Shown: one piece after another, positions 40,441 through 55,528 of the stretch | Layout: each line of letters begins with the position of its first letter | How positions within the stretch are numbered: the stretch's first letter is position 1 | Assembly: GCA_050613775.1 (NCBI GenBank) | Contig: JBODTK010000121.1 | Coordinates: 62,001 to 126,000 of the forward strand | From: Neocallimastix sp. 'constans' | Taxonomy: Eukaryota | Reading direction: 5' to 3' | DNA length: 64,000 nt | Program-made: the position numbers and the translations under genes | The notes under the pieces: generated by a model | The model's input: the letters and a program-made list of their open reading frames with translations, nothing else | The model's database searches: none | What the model was told of the DNA's origin: nothing

Positions 40441-41001
40441 TAAAACTAAACTAAATTAAAAAAAAATTTTTTTTTCAAAAATAGAATTATACATATATAT
40501 TATTATATAATTTTATTATTATAATATAGATTATGTAATAGAAAATTATAAATAAAATGATAAAAATATTTAAAAAAATTCTTTTTTTTTTTTTTCTTTT
40601 CAAAAGTATGATATATATATATATATATATATAGAAATTAGATAATAAACTTAACAATTATAATGTAAAGTAAATTATAATAATACCAATAAAATATTTT
40701 TAATAAACAAATAAATAAAAAAAATAGATAATAAATAAATAAATAAATATATAATAATGAATTAGATTCATATCAGTAATGATGATTTTTAATTAATCAT
40801 TTTCACTTATAAAAAGTATAAATACATTATTTAGTAATATAATTTATTTTTTTTTAAATATCATATCATAAAGATATATAGATAAAATGATTATTAAAAA
40901 ATATAGTTAATTTTTTTTTTTTTTTAACAGTACAATAAATTGTAAATAACTATGATAAATTATCAAATATTATTTATATTCAATTTATTTTCAAAAAAAT
41001 T

Positions 41002-41043
<42 letters not shown>

Positions 41044-41227
41044 CATTCTAATAAAAAAACTTCATTTTTTTTTTTTTTTGTTCAAAATTTTTTTTTTATC
41101 ATTTATTAAAAATATTTGTCTATATAATGTACATAGATATAGATCTTTATCTATAAAGTAATATATATATATATATTAATTTTATTATCACCATAATAAT
41201 AATAAATTAAATAAAAAAATTAAAAAA

Positions 41228-41261
<34 letters not shown>

Positions 41262-41567
41262 GAAATAAAAATAGATGAATTACTATAATTTCTAATTATT
41301 TTGTTGTTGTAATTTTAATTTATCTTTTTTAAATATTAAATAGTTTAATAAAATAAAAAATTTATCAATTTTTTTATTTCGATCCTTTTTTTTTTTTTTA
41401 TATATTAATTAATAAATAATTTTTCTATCTAATTTTTTACTTTTCATTTCATTTTATTTTATTTTATTTTATTTTATTTTATTTTATTTTATTTTATTTA
41501 TTTATTTTTTTTTTAGTTTATTATCATTTTTAGTTTATTATCATTTTTTACACATCATTTCAATTTA

Positions 41568-44500
41568 TTAACTATCATTAATTTGATTTTTTGAGAAATT
41601 AAGGAAAACTTGTTCTAAAGTTGTCTGAGAAAAACTATAATCTGAAATTAAATGACTACTTTTACATTTTTCCATTATATAAAAGATATGTCCAATATTT
41701 TTATTACCAGTGAATTGTATTTCATATTTTACACGATTAATGGAGAGACGTTCCATCTTAAATGGATGTTGTTCAAAAAGACAGGCTCTTTCAATAATTT
41801 CTTGATGGAATGCATCTAATAAATCAGATTGAACTTCCAAAATATAACTGTTACCATATTTCATTTTTAAATTTTCTGAGGAACCAATGTATCTTAAACG
41901 ACCATTCACTAAAATACCTATACGTTCACAGAGATAACTGGCTTCATCAATGGAATGAGTCGTAAGTATAATTGAAGAATTGTTTCTTTCTTTAACTTCT
42001 AGAATAATATTCCAAATTAAACGTCGTGTGGATGGATCAATTCCGGCAGTGGGTTCATCTAAAAGGATTATTTTGGGAAAGTTACAAATGGCAAGAATAA
42101 GAGAAAGTTTACGTTTCGTTCCTCCACTTAAATAGTGCATTTGTTTATTTTGATGCTCTTCTAAACCACAGGTATTAATAAATTGTGTAGCGTACAATTG
42201 AGCATCTTCATTTTCATAACCTCTTAATTGAAGGAAAAATTTAATGTGATCCCGAAGAGTCAATTCCTTCCATAAAATATCATTTTGTGGACAATAGCCA
42301 AACATGGGAACGCCTAATTCAGGATCAATGATTTCTCCTCCTTGATAATATACTTGACCTGTTGTTGGAACTAATCCACCTGTAAATATATTCAGGAGAG
42401 TAGATTTTCCTGCTCCATTAGGTCCTAAAAGTCCCAAACATTCACGATACCGTAAACCAAAGTTAACATCACCGAGAACAGTTTTAACAATTTTATTGGA
42501 ATAGTAGGAAAGATGTGGCTCGTCGTATCGTAAATCTTCCAATTTTTTTTGTTTTATATATTCTTTGGTTTCTCGGTCGAACATACCTTGACATTTAAAT
42601 TCTTTGCTAACATGCATTGCACTAAACGGTAATTCCTGGAAATGGTGTCTTACATATTCATATTCCTTTTTAACATCACTATCTCCCATTTCCATTTCTT
42701 CTCTATACTTTTGAGCAATAGCTGCCGGGTAGTAATCCTCAAAATTTTCTTTTGATATCATGACTTTATTGAGCGATGGATAAATTGAATTACTCGTGGA
42801 ACGTTGGAATCGAGGATAGGATCCAGATTTACTGGATTTGGAGTACTGATCAAACGAGAAATGATCTGAATTAGTATTGGAAACATTAGAAGATGGAGAT
42901 ATATAGGTGGATTGATCAGAGATAGAAGAAGGTGAAGTCACTATGGTAGAAGAAGGTGAAGTCAAAACAGAGGATTGAACAATAGTATTTACGTTAATTG
43001 GTTTAACGAGTGAATTAAAGGTTTGATCATACGATTTATCAAAGGATTTGGAAGAAGTTTTTCTAATATTTTTGCTCTTCAATATGCGATAGCTTCTCTT
43101 CTGTTGATGAGAATCAAGATAGACAAGAAGAATAAAAAGGAATAAGAAGAGTAAAACGAGCGTCATGAATAATGGGCTAATATTATTATTTAATTTAAAT
43201 AGATTTTTTATACTGAGTTCATAGTCATTTTCATCATTAAACAAGTATAAAAAGAAAATAGAATATAAGATTCCACAAATTCCATATGAAGGACATAGTA
43301 TGGTGATAATAACATTGAACCGTACATAATTAGAACTGAACATAGCCCCGGTGCTTTGAAGTATATTGAAGGTGTTGAAGGGATTATCTATGTAGGTGGC
43401 AACACAAAAACCAACCAATAATGTGTAATAATTAATAATGAAAAGATAGGTAAATGCGGTATCCTCATTATCAAATATAAAACTCAAGACGTACTGATGG
43501 AGAATGGTAGGGAATAACCATATTAACAAGCCTATAACGATCATAATTAAGAGAATAGGATTGTAAATTGGATCAAATTTTAAAATAAATCCTGGTAAGA
43601 AAATTAAGAAGCACGCAAAAAGGTAAATGAGTGAATCGGTTATAAGGCATGCTATCCAGTATTGAGTACGACTAACTCCTTTCAACTCTAATTGCTGAAC
43701 CAAATAATTCGTTCTTTCTCTAACGATCAATGGTCCAAACTTCGTAACGGCTATAAAGATACTAATAATGATGAAAGTACACATTAAGAGACATATAACA
43801 AATTTATTTTGATCATAATTGGTAAAAGGATGAGATTGAACCTTTATTTGTTGGGTTATATTCTTTGATTCTAAAATGGCATTACTAATGGCATTAATTG
43901 TGACAGGAATGGCATGAGTTACACTACTATTATAATAAACATCAATATTATATGTACCAGGGGCAAGCACTTTATTATTAAACGAGGCAATATAATAAGA
44001 ATATTCTGTTTTTGGGGAGGGAAGACCACTCAAGGGTAATGCTTTTATGATGGATTTGGCTTCTTCCTTATTTAAACCATTAGAAGAAAGGTAAGGTGAA
44101 TAAACATTTTGATAGGTAATATTGGGAGAAGAATTCCAAATGTCGTAATTTAAATAGTCTTGAGGATAAAGATTTTGAAGAGAAATAATTTCAGAGGGTT
44201 GTTCAGTAACCGATGATAATGCTTTTTTGACGGTGAAAAAAATTATAAATGACATCAAAAAGGGAGCGATAATTGCACTGAAGCCAAAACTTTTATCATT
44301 TAAATAAATTTTGAAACGATATTTGATAAGGATACGAATTTTATGAAGGACATTCCTTTTTTCTATTGGTTTTAAGTGTGGTAGGCGTTGTTGCATATTT
44401 AAAAGAGTTTGTTGCGCACTTCCTCTCTTTCTCAATTTTTTATTGTGACTTGAGGATGCATCTGTATATGATTCTTGTGAATGATCTTGTAAGTTAATAA

Positions 44501-45393
44501 ATAATTCTTCTAAGGTTGGCATGGTTAATCCATGATATTTAATTAACTTATTCTTACCAGTAACACTTTCCAATTCATTAAACAGTGATTCAAAATAGAT
44601 GGTGGAGTTCAACGGTAATTTCCAAGTATGATATTTTGTGTTATGTAAATTTTCGCCTTCTTCGTCATATTCATTGAAATTCTGATGACTCTCCTCCTCT
44701 TCTTCTTCTCTTACTATGGGTTGAACATACTTTGCTTCTGGAATATAATAGTGAATTAAATCTTCTACTTTTTTCACGTCATCAGTTTCAATTTCTAAAT
44801 TATAATTCATATTAAAATGATTCTTAAGGTAAAGAGAGGTTCCCAGACAACGGATTTTGCCTTCATTTAAAATTAATTTTCTATCAGCTAAAATATCGGC
44901 TTCTTCCATATAATGAGTGGTGAGGAAGATAACACGACCTTTCTTCAATTTTTGTATTAAATACCATATTTTTCTACGTGAAAGAGGATCTAAGGAGGTG
45001 GTAGGTTCATCCAAAAATATAAATTTTGGATTACCAAGAATGGCAATAGCAATGGAAAGTTCACGTTTTTGACCACCACTAAGATTAATGGCACGTTTAT
45101 TACGATATTCTAGTAAATCTACCTCCTTTAAGAGATCATAGATATTAATATTAACGTTTTTTAATTCTGCATAAAACTTTAGGTGTTGCTCCACCGTTAA
45201 TTCATCATAGATAACATTATTTTGAGTACAGACCCCAAAATTTTCGCGTACCGCTTGGGTATTCGAATTAATATCTTTTCCTTCAAATAAAACAGTACCT
45301 TTGCTTGCTTTTATGGCTCCTGCCATAATTTTAATTAATGATGTTTTACCGGCACCATTATGACCTTTTTTTTTAAATTTTTTTTTTAAAAAA

Positions 45394-45426
<33 letters not shown>

Positions 45427-45552
45427 ATAAAATAGATTGAATAAAAATTTTATTCCATTAAAATTTGCAAATAATAAAAATATTAGTCGATAAGGGAAAA
45501 GAAAAGAAAAATGAAAGTTTTAGTATTTTAAAAAGATAAAAAGTAAAAGGTA

Positions 45553-45608
<56 letters not shown>

Positions 45609-47391
45609 AATATTTATATTAACTAATTAAATATTTTTGATAAACAAAACAAAACAAATCAAAAAATCAAAAAAATAATTTTAATAATATTATTAGGATT
45701 ATTTTAATTATTTTTATATTCCTACCTAAAATTGAAAAAATTTCATCTTGATAAACCTTAAAACTCACATTATTTAAAGCGGTGAAAAAAGTAGATCTAT
45801 TTTTATTATATTTTTTTCCAATCCAATTTCTTTTACGTTTATATACTTTATAAAGTTCACAAACTTCTACTGCTGGTATTTTATTTGAACGTTCCTGAAA
45901 ATCTTCTTCAATATCTTGAAGATAGGTTATTTTACTATTCTCTTCTATTTCTTTCTTTAAAAATTTTTTTGAAAAGTAGTGATATAAATTATTTTCTCCC
46001 GAGTTTACTCTATCGGTTATTGAAAGTAAAAGGAGGTATAGCAAATTATTTAAAAAGATACATATGAAAAAAGTTCCAGCGGAAGAATGAAAGATATTAG
46101 TTAATGACAAAGTTTGATCATTTAATTTCAAATTATTGGCTTCCATAATAAAAGATCCAAAAGCTATAGGAGAAAAAGGAAAAGATAGTATGACTTTCTG
46201 AGTTCTATTTAAAAAACTAATGCATAATTCAGAGCAACAAAAGGAGATGATGATAATGGAAGAAACCACTCCAGAAGTTTTGGTATTATGGAAAAAACAA
46301 CTGATGTAAAATGATAAGATAATTAAACTAAATCCATAAAAAAGAATACTAAGAAATACGAAGATGGGGTTAACATTGGAGAGTGTTTTTGTTTGAATAT
46401 ATAATACCGTTAAAATAAGACTAATCACAGTAAATAAGGCAGCGTAGATGACAAACCAACTCAACCAGAATACTGAAGGATATACCCCTGACAGTAATAA
46501 GGTTTCCTTAATACCTTTTTCCTTTTCTAATACTATTGAGTTGATAATCATGATACATATGAAAGCGTAACTCACTGAAATAAAGTAAGGAAATGCAGCA
46601 ACGTATAAATCATTAATATAATAGATATCCAATGGTTTTCCAAATTCACCAATATATGGATGATAGATGAAATTATCATTCCTCGTAGCTAAACGAATAA
46701 TTGATTGATCTATTGCTACTTGTAACGGAGTAAAGATATTTAAATATTTTTCAGGTTCGGTTAAATTATTATTCATATTAAATATTTCCTGATTGACAAC
46801 ATCATCAACATATCGTTTTGCTGTTGTCTTAGGAACTAAGGTATCATTAACTCTTATAGTATATTGAAAATAATCCCTACTTTCAAAAATAACCCCAGCT
46901 AATAAAAACTGTTCATGATTTTCGTAGTAATAATCATTCATTTGATTTCTATCTTTGAAATGCTTGAAATGATACCCTGATAATATATCATTATTCATTA
47001 TCATATGAATTATATTATCATCAGGATTATCCTCGGGTAAAACAAATCCAATGATAGGTTTTTGATGTGTAGAGGTATAATTTTTTAGTTGAAATATTTT
47101 ATTAATACTAATAGGACTTGACGGTCCCTTTTCTTGAGTTATCCCTATATTATTTTCCCCATTTATGAATGCTATGTAATTATATTAATTGTAATGAATT
47201 ATATATGATTTACAATTTAGAAAAATAAGATAATATTAAAATTTCTATTATTATATCAGTGATAAAATTACCTGTAAATAGCATAAATATTAATAGTATA
47301 AATATTTCTATAAAAGTTCTATATTTTTGAGTTTTTTTTAAAAGAATATTTTTTTTCACTAAAGCTATGAATTGATGTTGATATTTGGAAT

Positions 47392-47429
<38 letters not shown>

Positions 47430-47661
47430 AAATAAATATATACATAATTATTTAATAAAATATTAAAAATAATTAATATAAAATAAATTATTACTATTGT
47501 ATTATTATTATTTTTATAAAAAAAAAAATTATCAGTAAAATTTATAAAAATAAAATAGAAAATAAAATTGAAATCCTTATTTTCTTTTTTTTTTTTTAAA
47601 AAAAAAAAAAAATTAATTAATAATTATATTATATATTAATATAACTTAAAAAAATTACCAT
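41568..47661 (-). CDS. Full-size ABCA-family transporter (exons 47661-47659, 47392-47272, 47171-45726, 45364-41568; ~1788 aa)
   Basis: N-terminal QFIALVKKNILLK motif and IVLEKEKGIKE. NBD1: LGHNGAGKT (split by an intron), LSGGQKR, DEPT, TTHYMEEAD. NBD2: LGPNGAGKST, LSGGTKRKL, DEPTAGIDP. C-terminal SQTTLEQVF. The ATG-only first coding exon is the least certain part. Confidence 0.92.
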
Positions 47662-50600
47662 TTTTATTTACAAGATATTGAAAATATACATATATATATT
47701 TAAATAAAAAAAAGAAATATTTCAATTCATCAAAAAGAAAGATAAAAAAAAAAAAAAAAAGAAAAATTCTTTTTTATCTTATTTTATTTTTTTTTTTTTT
47801 TTTTTTTTTTTATTAATAAAATTTTTTCATATAATATTCTTAAAAATAAATGTTTGTTTTTTTTTTATTTTTAAAATTGTATTTATAACTTGAAATTTGT
47901 TGTTAATTTATTTTTACGTTTTGCTTTTTTATTTATGAAATATATTGTATTTTTTTTTTTAATTCATTTATTTAGTTTAATAGTTATTACAATTTCTTTT
48001 TTAAAACTGTTATAATATTTATATAAATTCATTCAATTTTTTTCTTTACAATTGAAAGATTTGATATGTTATTTTATCAAATTTATTGATTTTTTTTTTC
48101 TTTTCCTTTATATATATATATATATATATACTTTTCTTTTTACACTTTTTTTAATCAAAAATACTAAAAAGAAAAAGAAATAAATAATTTTTTTTCTTTT
48201 TCCTTTTATTTATAGTGTCTTTTTTTTTTTTTTTTAATTATTTTTGTTAATATAATAAATCAATTAATTGATCTATTAATATATTATTAATAAGTTATTT
48301 TATAATACTATTTTTTTTTTTTTTTTTATAAAATGTATAAATTAATAATGATATTTTAATATTTTTGAAATATAATAAATCAATTAATTAATCTATTAAT
48401 ATACTATAAATAAGTTATTTCATTTAAAACTTTTTTTTATAATAATTCATACTCATTATTTTTAAATTATTTCATTATAATTTTTTTTAATAATAATTAA
48501 TATGCATTATTGTTATATTATTTGGTAATATCTAATTAAAATTTGAGGAACCTTTTTTTAATTTTTTTTTTTTTTTTTTTTTTTTATGAATATTTATCTA
48601 CATCATTAAAAAAATTAAAACCATTTATAATGATAACAATACGGAAAACTTAATGATAATTTTAATAAATAAACAAATAAACATTAATCAAATTTTAATT
48701 TAAATATTTATTGAATTATATGAAACAAAGTTTACAAAAAAAAAATATTTAAATTAATATAAATTTTGTATATTACTTAATAAGTTGAACTATGTATAAA
48801 TTATTAAAATTATTTATTATAAAAGTATATCCCACTTATAATATTTAAATATCATATAATATACTTATAATATACTGTAGTAACCGATTTTGTAAAATTG
48901 TAATTGAATAATTCATTTTTTCTTTTTTATTATTACTAATGCTAATTATTATGGTGAAAAAAAAATATATAACTTTTTCTAAATTAATACTATTTCTATA
49001 TATTAAGAATTTATAATTTTATCCTTCATTATTACTTTTAATATCAGTTTATATTGAAATTATGTGGTATTAACTTTTTTTTTTTTTTTTTAATTTCTAA
49101 TTTTATTGTTAAAAAAATTATTTAAAATTATATTATTATGATTATTATTATTTATTATTATTATTATTAATTATTAATAATTGATATTTTAACTATTTAT
49201 ACTTTCTTCAATAATATTTTATTTTTTTTACAATAAATGATGGGTTATGATCATAAATATTATTTAATATTTATTTATATTCTTTTTATTTTTTTTTTCT
49301 TTATTTTTATTTTTTACTTGCTTATTTTTATTCATCTTGAATTGTAAATCTCGAAACTTTACACCTCTCAAAATATAAAATATATTAAGCATATTTATAA
49401 TAATAAAAATAAAATTCAATGGAAAAATTATTAAATTTAAATTATAATCAATACTTTTTTTTTTAAATAAAGTTCCAGAACTTTAAAAGTTAATAATTTA
49501 AAAAAAAAAAAAGTTTATTTTATATTTTAAAATGAACAATATTTTAAATACGTTTTTTAGTTTAATATAATTATATTTAATAATAAAATAATCCATTTTA
49601 ATTTAAATAAAAATAATTTAATATTATTTTATAATTTTAAAATTAAATAAAATATATATTTTATATTTTTCTAAAATTTTCACATTTAAAATAAATTAAT
49701 TTATTAGAAATTAATACCAAAAAAAAAAAAAAAAATAATTATTAAATTAAACTAAATTTTATAAATATAGTATATTAAATTAAGCATAAATGTATAATAT
49801 ATTATGGTAAAAATAATAATCTATAATTTTTTTTTATTAAATAAACTTTAAACATTTATATATTAAAATTTGGTATAAATTAGAATTTAATTTAAATGAA
49901 ACCATAATAATTATATATTAAACAAATTTTATATGAAATAATAATAATTATATTAAATGAAATTTCATTTAATATATAATTATAATTATTATGATTTCAT
50001 TTAAATTTCATTAAAGTAATATGTTTATATTATATAAATATACCGTAAATCTAGCAAATGAATTATGTACAATTGTTTTTCTTTTAATTTTTATAAAACT
50101 CATAATAACAAAATAATACATACCTAATTCAAATATAATTAAAACTAATAATAGAATAAAATTAAAAATAATCAAAAAGATATATAACTAATAAAATAAT
50201 AAATATCTTCCAATTTTAAAAAAAAAAAAAAAATTAACTAGGAAAAATAATTAATAAAATAATATTTAAAATAATAATATAATAAGTATTTTTAAAAATT
50301 TCAATTTTACAAAATTTTTATTTTTAGTATATTATAATAATTGTTTTTAATAAAAGTTTTTTAAAAGTTTTTTTTTTTTTTTTTTTTTTTTTTTGATTAA
50401 ATGAATTAATATATGAAAAATTAATAAATTTTCTTTTTTTTAAAAGATGTATTAGATATTGATAATTTTTATTTTCACTAAATTTGAAAATTTGATATTA
50501 TAAATATTAAAAAAAAAAAAATTAATATTATAAATACATAAAAAATAAATAAAATTATAGAAAAGTATTTCATTCAATATTGATACATATAAATACTTTA

Positions 50601-51167
50601 ATAGAAATATTAAATATTTAATATAATTCATTTTATTATAATTTATTTTTTTACTTTAATATTTTAAATTTAATTATCTAAAATTTAATATTATAATTAA
50701 ATTTAAATTATTACTAATTTTAAAAATATTACTTTTAATATTATTTTTTCAATAATATAAATATATATATTATTTTTTTTATTTATTTATAAAATTAAAT
50801 TTTATAAAAAATTAAATCTTTGATTCTTTTGAATTGTATTCTCATCCAATATTTGTTTTACTGATTTTTATATATGAAATTATAAAATATTATAAATAAA
50901 TTATAAATATTACTTATATATGATTTGTTTTTTTCTTTTTTTTTTCTTTTTTTCTTATTTTTTTTTCTTATTTTTTATTTTATTTTTATTTTATTTCATC
51001 TTTTCCTTTTTTTTTTTTTTCTTTTAAAAAAAAAAAGTCATAAGTATTTATTGTCTTTGTTTCTACATTTTATTTTATTTATTATCTAAAAGATGAAATA
51101 TGACTTGGTATTAATTATTTCATGTTTATTTTTAAGATGGAATAACTATTGTAATAAATTATTTCAT

Positions 51168-51204
<37 letters not shown>

Positions 51205-54200
51205 TTGTTATTTTTTTTAATTTTAAGTTTATAAAAATATAAATTAACTATTAATTTTATATATTTTTTAATTACAAAGAAAAATAATATTATTGTTTTA
51301 AATTTTATATCTATTACTAATGTTAAATTATTAATTTTTTAATTATAAGGAAAATTTATTAATTTTTTAATTTTATAATTATAAGGAAAAACAATATTAT
51401 TGTTTTAAATATTAAACCTATTACTAATGATAAATTTTTGTAATTTTTATAAATTATATTAAAATAATATTCATAATATAAATAAAAAGGTTAATACAAT
51501 AGATATAATACTAAAAGAATTTTATATTATTTATAATTTTATAAATGAAATTTGGATTGATTTTTATTCATTAAAATATATTATTTATTTCATATATTAT
51601 TTAATGAGATAAGCATTGTTATAAATTATTTTATGTTTATTTTTGATATGGAATAAATATTGTTGTATATATTTTTACATGACGTTTTTTTTTTTTTTTT
51701 TTTTTTTTTTTCTTTTTTATATTAATTTTAATTTATAAATATAAAAATTTATATTTTTTATATAAAAGAAAAATAGTATTATAAAAATTTTTATATGTAT
51801 TACTAATGTTAAATCATTAATTTTTATTATTTCAATTAATATATATTTATTTAAAAAAAAAAAAAAAATGAAATATGAATATATATTAAATGATTATATA
51901 TTATATATTATATATTTATTCATTAAAATATATCTTATTTTAAAGAATATGTTTAATAATAGTATTATTATAGCATTATATAATTTTTTTCTTTGAATTT
52001 ATTGAAAACTGTAATTTATTTTATTTTCTTTATTCATAGAATTATATAATTCTAAAATATTTCAAAAGAAAAAAAAAATTTTTTTATTTTTTATTTTCTT
52101 ATCATTTTATTTAGTCAAACTAAGAATTTTATATGCTTTGAAATATTTTATTAAAAAAAAAAAAAAAAAACTTAAATAAAATTAATTTTTTATAAAAAAT
52201 AATCAGTAATTAATTTCAAATTAATAGAAATTGAAAATAATTCTGATACAATAATTAATACTTTAATTTTGTTTATGAAAAATAAAAGTAAAATATATTT
52301 TTATAAACAAAATTAAAGTTCATAAACCAACTTTATCAGCGTCTTTAATGAAATAAATGTTTTTTATTAAATTAAATTTTTATAATAAAATGTTTATTCT
52401 GTTTTTATTTTTATTTTTATTTTTTGTTTTATATTTTTTATTTTTATTTTTATTTTTATTTTTTATTTTATATTGTATATTTTTAATTTTATATTTTATA
52501 TATATATATATATTTTTTATGCTTGTTTATCCTTTTTTTTTTTTTTTTTAATTGTTCTTCAAAAAGAATGATTATTTATTATATAGAAAATTTATTTTAT
52601 ATTAAATATAAAAATCATATTTTAAAACTTAATTATATAATCAAAAGTATTTTAGAAGAGATTATTATGAAAATTCGATAAACCAAACTCCCTCATTTGC
52701 TCTAATAGTTTTTTTTTTTTTTTTTTTTTTTTTAGTTCAAAATATTCCTTTTGTGATATACTATATATTTTTACTTTATCTTATTATTATTAAAAATATT
52801 AACTATTCATTCCAATTTAATTAAATGAATATATAATAAATTAATGAATAAACAAATTGTCTTTTACATATAAAATATCATTTACAAAAATTTTCATTTT
52901 TTGAGGTTTGATGAAAAATTAGAAAAAAAAATTAAATGAATATATAATAAATATATAAATAAATTGTTTCAATATAGTTCAATGAAATATGAAATTATAT
53001 ACAATTAAAAATAATGTACGAATCATATTAATATATTAATTATTTAATGTAATTTAACCTTTAACTAAATATAGTAACCTTTAACAAAAAATAATTTATT
53101 CAAATATTTAATACTTGTTTTATGATAAAATTATTAATATATAAAATTATTTTTTTTTCCTTTTATATTGGTAGTACAAGAAATTAATAGCACTTAAGAG
53201 AGAAAAATAAAAAATTCATATTTAAACAAGATTTATATAAAATAAAATATTTTAAAACTAATAACAAATAAAATATTACTTTTATTATTTAATATTATTT
53301 TTATATGTTATTTATAATTATGAATTAAATATTAACTTTAATTATTATTAATATTATTAAATATTATTTGTTTTCTATTTATTTTTATATTATTTATTAT
53401 TACTTAACAATTATATTTAAATAATATAAAAAATAAAATATTAATTATTAGCTATTATTTATTATTTAAATGAATTTTATTTTATATAATAAATAATTTA
53501 TATAAATGAAAATAAATAATAAGTCTTTTTATCAAAGTTATTTTATAATTCACTAATAGCCGCACAATTATATTTATAATGCATATAAAAATATCATAAA
53601 TCACAAAATAGTCACGTCACGTCACTTAGTGTTTTTGCTTATGATTTCTGAGCTACTAAACTAATTTTAACCTTTCCAATGTTAATTTAAAGTTTTTTAA
53701 AGGTTAAATGGTTAAATATTTAATTAAAATTTTTAGCTATTTCTGAGATATTTAACTTAATTATGTGATTATTTGAATTTTAATTATTATTATTGTTTTT
53801 ATAATAAAATGTATTGGAAATTAAATTATTATAGAATTAATTATAATATTGATATAAAAATAATTTTAATAATTAATTAATAATTAATAATAAATAATAG
53901 TAAATAGTTCTAAAAATATAGTTTATTTAGTTTATTATTTAATTATTTGTTTCATATATATAAAAAATAAATAAATAAATAAATAAATAGATAAATAAAT
54001 AAATAAATAGATAAATAAATAAATAAATAAATAGATAAATAAATAAATAAATAAATAGATAAATAAATAAATAAATAAATTAATAAAAACAAGAAAGTTT
54101 TAAAATAATAGTTAGTATGTAATTTATTTATGTATATAACATATATTACAGTATACCTTTCAATATATTATTTTTCAATGCAAAATTAATCAAATTTAAT

Positions 54201-55153
54201 TAATTATTTAAAATATTTTTATTAAATTTAACTTATATGCATGCCTTGGAAATTTACGGTACTACTTGTTTGTATAATAAAACCAATAAATTATTTAATA
54301 AAATAAATATATTAATTTTTAAAATATTTATATTATATAATACTATTTATCTGATAAAAAATTAAAAAAAAAAAAAAAAAAAAATAAAAATAAAAAAAAT
54401 AAAAAAAAAAACAACTATAATATATAACGTAAGGTAAATAAGTCAAATTATATTATAATTATTCATTAATATATTGTTATTAATCTCTTTATATATATAT
54501 ATACATTTATAAATTAAAATTAAAAAAATGTTTTTTTTTTTTCTCTAATCAATATATTTAAAAAAATTTATTATTTAATCTTTTCTCTAATCAATATATT
54601 TAAAAAAAATTATTATTTAATCTTAATATTAACAACTTATAAATTCCTTAAAATAAGAAATATAATTAAAGAAATACTTTTGTTATTATAAAGATAATAT
54701 ATCTCTTGTTATTATATATGTACATTTTTTTTAAAAAAATTTCGATAAATATTATATTATTCAATTTATACCAAATTATAAAAAAACATTTTCGCATATT
54801 ATAACCACCTTTACGGTTTTAATTCACATTATTTTAAGACAAAAATTATAATAGTTCATTAGATTAAATATTTATATGAATAATATAAATAAATGATAAA
54901 TTTACAATAAAATTAAAAGTGATAAAATATTTTAATTAATAATTAAATTAAAAATAAAGACTATATAATTTTAATATTTAAACAATATAAAACAATTTTT
55001 ATTCACTTAATAATTATAATAGACATAGTAATTATAGTAAAATTTAAAAAAAAAGTATATAAATATATAAGAAGAAGGATAAAGCTATTTAAATATATAT
55101 TATTTTTAAATTTAAAAAATAATAATAATATTAACAATAATAAATAAATAAAA

Positions 55154-55497
55154 ATGAATAAGCGATATTTTTCAAGAAACTTTTTAAAAGTTTTTTTAAT
55201 TACAATAATTAGCTTTGGAGAAATTATTCCAAAAATTATGGCTGATGAATGTCAGATTTTAAATGAAGTATTTAATCTCCTAGATATTTCAGAAGCTATA
55301 GATAATAAATTGAATAAATTAAATATTGATTCTCCTACTTGTTGTAACCTTGAGGGAATCCATTGTAGTACTAATAATAATGGATATGTTATTGATAAAG
55401 TGTATGTATTATATTTATATTGACATTAATACAGTTATTTGTTATTATTATTAATTTAATTTGTCAAATAAATATAATTGTTTTACCATTTTCAGAA

Positions 55498-55528
<31 letters not shown>

